NCBI GenBank assembly: GCA_965262725.1
Contig: OZ253555.1
Coordinates: 224,001-288,000, forward strand
Source: Dehalococcoidia bacterium
GTDB taxonomy: Bacteria; Chloroflexota; Dehalococcoidia; UBA2979
Direction of reading: 5' to 3'
Length of the DNA stretch: 64,000 nt
Shown here: positions 57,483-64,000 of the stretch, one piece after another
Position numbering within the stretch: the first letter of the stretch is position 1
How the letters are laid out: each line of letters starts with the position of its first letter
Made by a program: the position numbers and the translations under genes
The notes under the pieces: generated by a model
Told to the model about the DNA's origin: nothing
Databases searched by the model: none
Seen by the model: the letters and a program-made list of their open reading frames with translations, nothing else

Positions 57483-60293
57483 ATGTCCCGTGTGGTCATC
57501 CCGATCGGCCCGACTGAGATGCTACCGGCGGGGTCGGGCTCCGATCGGCGGCTCGGTCTTCTTGCCGTCTTCGCCCTTCCGCTGGTGGTGATGCTCTTTT
57601 TTTCGTGGGCGGAACCGGCCTCCGGCGCCACGACGACAGGCGGGGAGAGCAGAGAGCCGGTACGGGCCGCGGCGGCGCAGGCGAGCGTCGGCGCGGACCA
57701 GCCGGAACTGGGCTCGGCAGCCCTCGCCTCCGTCAGCACCGGCTGGCTCCATACGTGCGGCGTCAGGACCGACGGATCCGCCTCCTGCTGGGGCAGCGAT
57801 TCGCACGGCCAGGCCGCGCCTCCTGACGGGACCTTCACCTCCGTCAGCGCCGGGTGGCTCCATACGTGCGGCGTACGGACCGACGGATCCCTCGCCTGCT
57901 GGGGCCAGGATGCATCGGGGGAGGCCACGCCTCCTGACGGGACCTTCACCTCCGTCAGCGCCGGGTGGCTCTACACCTGCGGCGTGAGGACCGACGGCTC
58001 CGCCTCCTGCTGGGGCGACGATGCATTCGGGAGGGCCACGCCGCCGGAGGGGACCTTTGCCTCCGTCAGCGCCGGGGGCGTCCTCACCTGCGGCGTCAGG
58101 AGCGACGGCTCCGCCTCCTGCTGGGGCTGGAACACGGACGGTCAGGCCGCGCCGCCGGAGGGGGAATTCACCTCCGTCAGCAGCGGAGAGCTCCACGCCT
58201 GCGGCGTCGGGACCGACGGCTCCGTCACCTGCTGGGGCAGTGGTGCCCGCGGCCAGGCCACGCCTCTGGAGGGCACGTTCTCATCCGTCAGCGCCGGGCG
58301 CCTCCACAGCTGCGGAGTGAGGACGGACGGCACCGCCTCCTGCTGGGGCAGTGATGCCTTCGGCCGAGGGACGCCGGCGGTCGGGGCGTACGCCTCCGTC
58401 GACGCCGGGGACCGCCACACCTGCAGCGTCCAGACAGACGGCTCCGTCGCCTGCTGGGGCTGGAACGAGTCCGGACAGGCGACGCCGCCCGGCGGGGAGT
58501 TCACCTCCGTCAGCACCGGCCACCGCCATACCTGCGGCCTGCGGGCCGACGGCACCGCCTCATGCTGGGGCGATGATCCGCACGGCCAGGCCACGCCGCC
58601 TGAGGGGCAGTTTGTCTCCGTCGGCTCCGGCTACAACCAGACCTGCGGCGTGAGAGCCGACGACACCATCGTCTGCTGGGGCTGGGACGAATACGACCAG
58701 GCCACACCGCCCGCCGGAAACTTCGTCACCACCAGCGCCGGGGGATCCCACACGTGCGGCGTGAGAGCCGACGGCTCCGTCGTCTGCTGGGGCGATGATG
58801 AACATGGCCAGACCCGGGCACCGGCCCGGGCGTTCGCCTCCGTCAGCGCCGGCGAGTTCCACAGCTGCGGGGTGGAGGCAGGCGGCTCCGTCTCCTGCTG
58901 GGGCGACAATCGACACGGTCAGTCCACGCCGCCCGACGGGACGTTTGCCTCCGTCAGCGCCGGCTGGGAACACAGCTGCGCCGTGAGAACCGACGGCTCC
59001 GCCTCCTGCTGGGGCAACAACGAGAAGGGCCGCTCCACTCCGCCCGACGGGACGTTCACCTCCGTCAGCGCCGGGCCGCGCCATAGCTGCGGCGTGAGAA
59101 CCGACGGATCCGCCTCCTGCTGGGGCAGTGACGCGTTTGACCGGGCCACTGCGCCCGACGGGCAGTTCGCCTCCGTCAGCGCCGGGTGGCTCCATAGCTG
59201 CGGCGTGAGAACCGACGGCTCCGTCGCATGCTGGGGCCAGGACACAGACGGCCGACACGCACCACCGGAGGGGGAGTTCGCCTCCGTCAGCGCCGCGCGG
59301 CTCCTCAGCTGCGGCGTGACAAGCGCGGGCTCCGCCTCATGCTGGGGCCCGGATCGCTCCCACCGGTCCAGGCCGCCCGTCGGAGAGTTCGCCTCCGTCA
59401 GCGCTCGGTGGCTCCACGCCTGCGGCGTGAGAACCGACGGATCCGTCACCTGCTGGGGCGATGATGACGACGGCCAGGCCACACCGCCCGTGGGGGAGTT
59501 CGCCTCCGTCAGCACCGGCGGGTACCACGGCTGCGCCCTGAAGACCGACGGATCCGTCACGTGCTGGGGCGATGACAACTACGGCCAGGCCACGCCTCCG
59601 GAGGGGACGTTCAGCGCTGTGAGCGTCGGGGGGTTCCACACCTGCGGCGTGAAGACCGACCGCTCCGTCGTCTGCTGGGGCTACGATCTCTTCGGCCAGG
59701 TCACGCCTCCGGACGGAAGGTTCGCCTCCGTCAGCACGGGTGCATTCCACACCTGCGGCCTGAAGAGCGACCGCTCCGTCGCCTGCTGGGGCTCGGATTC
59801 CCGCGGCAAGACCACTCCACCCGATGGGACGTTCGCCTCCGTCAGCGCCGGACTGGCCCACACCTGCGCCGTGAAGACCGACGGCTCCGCCATATGCTGG
59901 GGCTACGAGCTAGCTGGTCGGACCGCGGCTCCCGACGGGACGTTCGTCTCCGTCACCGCCGGTGTGAACCACTCCTGCGGGATCACGACCGGCGGCTCCG
60001 TCACCTGCTGGGGTCTGGACGACCACGGGCAGGCCACGCCGCCGCAGGGGGCGTTCACCTCCCTGACCCTCGGGCGAACGCACACGTGCGGTGTCACACC
60101 CAACGGCACCGTCACCTGCTGGGGCGACGACGGAGGAGGCCCGGCCACCCGCCCGAACGAGACGTTCGTCTCCATCAGCTCCCGGGAGCGCCTGACGTAC
60201 GGCGTGCGTAGTGACGGCTCCATCGTCTACTGGGGCGTGAGGGTGGACGCGGACAGCGCGCTCCGCCTCATCGCGGAGGCCGGCGGGTCATGA
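57483..60293 (+). CDS. RCC1/BLIP-II-like repeat protein, 22 full plus 1 degenerate 37-aa units
   Basis: Hydrophobic leader, then F.SVSAG..H.CGVRTDGS..CWG....GQA.PP.G units (111-bp period). Confidence 0.92.
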   Translation: MSRVVIPIGPTEMLPAGSGSDRRLGLLAVFALPLVVMLFFSWAEPASGATTTGGESREPVRAAAAQASVGADQPELGSAALASVSTGWLHTCGVRTDGSASCWGSDSHGQAAPPDGTFTSVSAGWLHTCGVRTDGSLACWGQDASGEATPPDGTFTSVSAGWLYTCGVRTDGSASCWGDDAFGRATPPEGTFASVSAGGVLTCGVRSDGSASCWGWNTDGQAAPPEGEFTSVSSGELHACGVGTDGSVTCWGSGARGQATPLEGTFSSVSAGRLHSCGVRTDGTASCWGSDAFGRGTPAVGAYASVDAGDRHTCSVQTDGSVACWGWNESGQATPPGGEFTSVSTGHRHTCGLRADGTASCWGDDPHGQATPPEGQFVSVGSGYNQTCGVRADDTIVCWGWDEYDQATPPAGNFVTTSAGGSHTCGVRADGSVVCWGDDEHGQTRAPARAFASVSAGEFHSCGVEAGGSVSCWGDNRHGQSTPPDGTFASVSAGWEHSCAVRTDGSASCWGNNEKGRSTPPDGTFTSVSAGPRHSCGVRTDGSASCWGSDAFDRATAPDGQFASVSAGWLHSCGVRTDGSVACWGQDTDGRHAPPEGEFASVSAARLLSCGVTSAGSASCWGPDRSHRSRPPVGEFASVSARWLHACGVRTDGSVTCWGDDDDGQATPPVGEFASVSTGGYHGCALKTDGSVTCWGDDNYGQATPPEGTFSAVSVGGFHTCGVKTDRSVVCWGYDLFGQVTPPDGRFASVSTGAFHTCGLKSDRSVACWGSDSRGKTTPPDGTFASVSAGLAHTCAVKTDGSAICWGYELAGRTAAPDGTFVSVTAGVNHSCGITTGGSVTCWGLDDHGQATPPQGAFTSLTLGRTHTCGVTPNGTVTCWGDDGGGPATRPNETFVSISSRERLTYGVRSDGSIVYWGVRVDADSALRLIAEAGGS

Positions 60294-60427
60294 TTCCCTG
60301 GGGCGCCACGCGGCGCTGAGCCACACCTGCGGCTCTCAGCGAAGCCGGGGAGGCCGTGTGCTGCGGCTGGAACGACTGCGGTCTGGCTCGTTGGAGTGAG
60401 CGCGTGTGGCAGCGAGTCGACCAGAAC

Positions 60428-62206
60428 ATGGTCAGGGGTGGGTTCGCCCTCTGTCTGTTCGCGGCGGTGTTGTCGGCGTGCGGCCCAGACGAGTCCCCCG
60501 CAGCCACAGTGACTCCAGCGCCGTCGACACGCGTCGTCATCGAGACCCCCTTGCCTGCTACGCCGTCCCCAACCGCCACGCCTGACGTCATACGCACGCC
60601 CAGGCCACCGCCGGTACACACAGCCACCCCGTCGCCCGCGGCCACACCTTCAGCAACGTCGACCACCACGCAGACGCCGAGCCCTACCCCGCAGCGCGAG
60701 AAGGAGACGCCGCCTGCGCCTGGCGAGCCGCGCGAACTCCCGGCGGGATTCACGGTCTTCTATTGGGTTGCGCCTTGCTACGGCTGCGGGTTCGGGGTGA
60801 GTGATGTCCGTCGAGTGGTCTTCGATGAAGAGGCGGGTGCTCTGCGGGAAGAGCGTCTCCTCGAGTTCTTCGACGACCATTCCGAGTGCGTGGCTGGATT
60901 TGCACTCGGCCAGAGCGGGCGCGAGATGGCGGCCACGCTGTGGCCCGCTCACTGCGGGGACCCGATGGCCGTCTACCGGAGAGGGGACCTCTGGCTGTCC
61001 AGCGACGGCGGCGCCACGTGGGAGCAGTGGGGACCGCTCCCCTCAGATGCCTGGGTTGTTGGAGTGACCGCGGAGGACGTTGCGGTTGACGAGGGAATGT
61101 CCACCCCCCGACGGGTGCGGTGGCTCATCTCCGGCACCGAGCTGTCGCCCTCCGAGCGCGTCCAACTGGGGGGTGAGCGTCTTCTCAGTGACGAACTGAG
61201 CGTTGGGGAGTGGGCCGGTCTACCTCTCCTGTTCGACCACGAGACAGGAGTCGCCCACCCTATCGCAGGGTTGGCCGAGACCGGCAACTCCTACATCCCC
61301 CTCCACGTCGTCCCGCCGGGGAGCCCGCCGTGGGCGACTGCCGAGTCCGCCGCCACGCCGGCTGCGGCGCCTGCGCCGACGCCGACACCCACTCCGACCA
61401 CCCCTGTTCAGGTAGCGTCGTGCGCGTCAGGAGTCGCGGTCCCGAATCCGGCCACGAACGAGCAGCTCGTGGGGGAATGCGAACATCTGCTCGCGCTCAG
61501 GGACACACTCGCGGGAACCGGGACGCTCAGCTGGAGCGCCGCGAGGGACATGGCAAGCTGGACCGGCGTGACGGTGGAGGGGACACCCGGGCGGGTGGCG
61601 AAGCTGGATCTGGCGAACAGCGGGTTGACGGGCGAACTCTCGGGCCTGCTGGGCAGGCTCACCTCGCTAACGGAGCTGCGGCTGGACGGGAACGCCCTCA
61701 CGGGCCGGATCCCGTCGAAGGTCGTCAGGTTGACGCGCCTCACGGATGCCTACCTGGCCGGCAACAGCCTGACAGGTTGCGTGCCGCCGCCGCTCCGGGC
61801 GGTGGCCAACAACGACATGCCCTCCCTCGGCCTGGGGGACTGCGACGCCCCGACTGACGTCTCCGACCGAACTCGAGGGGATCCGCTCCCGGTCGGCACC
61901 TATCAATACACGGCGTCATCGCGGCACGTGCCTCTCGTGTTCGATATCCCACCCGGCGCCAGCGTGGCGTTGGATGGCCTAGTCATCACCGAGCCGCAGG
62001 AAGGGACTGGCGACTCCACCGAGGGTCTACTGCTGCGAGACGAAGCCACACAATCGTGGCTGTGCCTCGATCTACGCCGCGCAATCGAATGCAATCGCTG
62101 GGTGCAGCCGGGTCAGGGTCCCGCGCGATCGGGCGAGTCTGATCTCGACGCGATCTTCGACCGCATCGTCGAATCCCTATGGTTGGCCGAGCGGAGTGGG
62201 GAGTGA
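60428..62206 (+). CDS. Mosaic lipoprotein: Pro/Thr linkers, Asp-box region, LRR domain
   Basis: LSAC lipobox; SSDGGATW; LRR cap plus L.L.GN.LTG.IP units. Confidence 0.8.
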   Translation: MVRGGFALCLFAAVLSACGPDESPAATVTPAPSTRVVIETPLPATPSPTATPDVIRTPRPPPVHTATPSPAATPSATSTTTQTPSPTPQREKETPPAPGEPRELPAGFTVFYWVAPCYGCGFGVSDVRRVVFDEEAGALREERLLEFFDDHSECVAGFALGQSGREMAATLWPAHCGDPMAVYRRGDLWLSSDGGATWEQWGPLPSDAWVVGVTAEDVAVDEGMSTPRRVRWLISGTELSPSERVQLGGERLLSDELSVGEWAGLPLLFDHETGVAHPIAGLAETGNSYIPLHVVPPGSPPWATAESAATPAAAPAPTPTPTPTTPVQVASCASGVAVPNPATNEQLVGECEHLLALRDTLAGTGTLSWSAARDMASWTGVTVEGTPGRVAKLDLANSGLTGELSGLLGRLTSLTELRLDGNALTGRIPSKVVRLTRLTDAYLAGNSLTGCVPPPLRAVANNDMPSLGLGDCDAPTDVSDRTRGDPLPVGTYQYTASSRHVPLVFDIPPGASVALDGLVITEPQEGTGDSTEGLLLRDEATQSWLCLDLRRAIECNRWVQPGQGPARSGESDLDAIFDRIVESLWLAERSGE

Positions 62207-62511
62207 CGCGACGGGATGGCTCCGGTGCCGATCGCCATCACCGCTCCCGCGCATGGCGGGACTATGGCCAGACCAACCCGCGGCGTGCGCCTGTGCGGTG
62301 CCGATGGCCCCGCGATGACGATGTCCTCGGTTCGCTCTCAGCACTCGCGGGCGGGGTGACCTGCGGCCGCGCGGCAGTTCCAGCAGGTAGCCGCACGCAG
62401 CGGGTCACCTCGGGCGCCGTCACCGCCTGCGGACCTGTGCCGCGGCTCGGCTCGAGCCCACCGAGGAGGTTGCAGCCGGGACGGCCGACGAACAGCCCTC
62501 GGCGCAGGGCA

Positions 62512-62607
62512 TCATGGACTACGTGGGTGAACGGCCGGTCCGGGGGGACGGGCCCGCTCCTCCAGGGCGTCGGCGATGTCGTCGTCCAGCGTCAGTGTCG
62601 TCCTCAT
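62512..62607 (-). pseudogene. VapB antitoxin remnant
   Basis: MRTTLTLDDDIADALEERAR, then frameshift; upstream ACATCGTGATGT operator-like palindrome; no toxin. Confidence 0.7.
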
Positions 62608-62760
62608 ACGAACATCGTGATGTCCAGATGCCGAATGCGAGTCGTGGAGCAGATCGGCGCTATCGAAGGCTGAGCTATCGCCCGCGCCGCGCACGTGCTC
62701 AACTGGTAGAAGCGCCGCCCGAGACGGCACTCCCCAGCCCCATCTCACCCGGAGACGATC

Positions 62761-64000
62761 ATCACAGCCTCTTCCACCCTCACGAACCCCCGGGTCGGTG
62801 CGCGCGCCGTCCGCGAGGACATCCGCAACGTCGCGATCATCGCCCACGTCGATCACGGCAAGACAACGCTCGTCGACGCGTTGCTGCGCCAGTCGGGGCA
62901 GCTCGACGCGCGCGTCGAACTCCCGGACCGGGTGATGGACTCGAACGACCTCGAACGCGAGAAGGGCATCACCATCCTCGCGAAGAACATGGCCATCCGC
63001 GTGGGCGACGTGAAGGTGAACATCATCGACACGCCGGGTCACGCCGACTTCGGCGGTGAGGTCGAGCGCGGGCTGACGATGGTGGACGGGGCTCTCCTGC
63101 TGGTCGACGCGAGCGAGGGACCGCTGCCGCAAACCCGCTTCGTGCTCCGCAAGGCGCTCGAGCGCAAGCTGCCGATCATCCTCGTCGTCAACAAGGTCGA
63201 CCGCCCCGACGCTCGTATCGCCGAGGTCGTCGACGAGGTCTACGAGCTCTTCCTCGACCTGGACGCGACCGACGAGCAGATCGACTTCCCGATCGTCTAC
63301 TGCGTCGCTCGCGACGGCACGGCCTCGCTGGACCCGGAGTGCCGCGGCACCGACCTCGCGCCACTGATCGAGGTGCTGCTTCAGAAGATCCCGGCGCCGA
63401 CCTACGAGGTCGGCCACGGTCTCCAGGCACTGGTCACGAACCTTGATGCATCGCCGTACGTCGGCCGCCTCGCCCTGTGCCGGGTCATTAACGGCGTGCT
63501 GCGGCGAGGAGAGCAGATCGCCTGGTGCCGCCGGGACGGCACGGTCGAGCACGCGACGCTGCGGCAGCTCTACGTCACCGAGGTGCTGGAGCGCGTCGAG
63601 GCGGAGTGGGCCGGGCCGGGAGAGATCGTCGCCATCGCCGGCATCCCCGACATCACGATCGGAGAGACGCTGGCCGACCCCGACGATCCGCAGCCGCTGG
63701 AGCTGATATCCGTCGACGAGCCCAGCCTCTCGGCGCTAATCGGCATCAACACCTCGCCGCTCGCGGGTCGCGAGGGCGATCGGCTCACTGCGCGAATGCT
63801 GAAGACCCGGCTCGACGCCGAGCTGGTGGGCAACGTCTCGCTGCGCATCCTGGACTCCGTGCATCCCGACTCCTGGATCGTCCAGGTGCGCGGTGAGCTG
63901 CAGCTCACGATCCTCGTCGAGACGCTGCGCCGCGAGGGCTTCGAGCTGACCGTCGGCCGGCCCGAGGTCGTGACGCGCCAGATCGACGGCAGGCGGCACG
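62761..64000 (+). CDS. typA: Translational GTPase TypA/BipA, 3'-partial
   Basis: [65 protein letters not shown]; no ATG/GTG/TTG start in frame. Confidence 0.95.
   Translation, partial: MTASSTLTNPRVGARAVREDIRNVAIIAHVDHGKTTLVDALLRQSGQLDARVELPDRVMDSNDLEREKGITILAKNMAIRVGDVKVNIIDTPGHADFGGEVERGLTMVDGALLLVDASEGPLPQTRFVLRKALERKLPIILVVNKVDRPDARIAEVVDEVYELFLDLDATDEQIDFPIVYCVARDGTASLDPECRGTDLAPLIEVLLQKIPAPTYEVGHGLQALVTNLDASPYVGRLALCRVINGVLRRGEQIAWCRRDGTVEHATLRQLYVTEVLERVEAEWAGPGEIVAIAGIPDITIGETLADPDDPQPLELISVDEPSLSALIGINTSPLAGREGDRLTARMLKTRLDAELVGNVSLRILDSVHPDSWIVQVRGELQLTILVETLRREGFELTVGRPEVVTRQIDGRRH

Noticed and set aside
57720-60240. Regular repeats as a CRISPR array or DGR
   Set aside because: 111-bp in-frame coding repeats; no cas genes, no reverse transcriptase, no adenine-specific TR/VR pair
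62200-62450. Further degenerate RCC1 unit (DYGQT, GGVTCG)
   Set aside because: Similarity too patchy to support by eye
23952-62607. Classical integron cassette array
   Set aside because: No tyrosine integrase and no recurring attC (RYYYAAC...GTTRRRY) structures seen; gene orientations are mixed

Overview
High-GC bacterial chromosome, most consistent with Chloroflexota (Dehalococcoidia-like). This is inferred from the rpmH-rnpA-yidD-PQQ propeller-yidC-jag order; the eukaryote-like repeat proteins suggest a host-associated, e.g. sponge-symbiont, lifestyle. Bases 1-19.4 kb are mostly core genes: the end of the nuo operon, a UGA-interrupted peroxiredoxin that looks like a true selenoprotein with a SECIS-like hairpin, MerR, tRNA-Thr(CGT), an ABC exporter, glnR-glnA-glnA2 with four phased actinobacterial-type GlnR boxes, and an origin-type gene cluster (rpmH to parAB) with a perfect parS but no dnaA. 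Bases 19.5-62.7 kb are a heavily eroded accessory region. It holds two IS21 elements (one with a nested IS256), an intact IS5 and several IS relics. It also holds about 10 toxin-antitoxin loci, many with a dead toxin, including one 831-bp vapBC unit duplicated 22 kb apart. Other contents are an HTH-IrrE metallopeptidase/PIN pair, a decayed P-loop NTPase, a DUF1538-PII-CBS operon, and large mosaic secreted proteins (plant-type LRR, RCC1/BLIP-II, NHL, vWA, PD40, M6-like protease, deacetylase) with orphan fragments of the same domain families scattered between them. The window ends in typA/bipA, which has no canonical start codon. No CRISPR, rRNA, reverse transcriptase or integron integrase was seen. 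All calls come from reading motifs by eye; no database searches were run.
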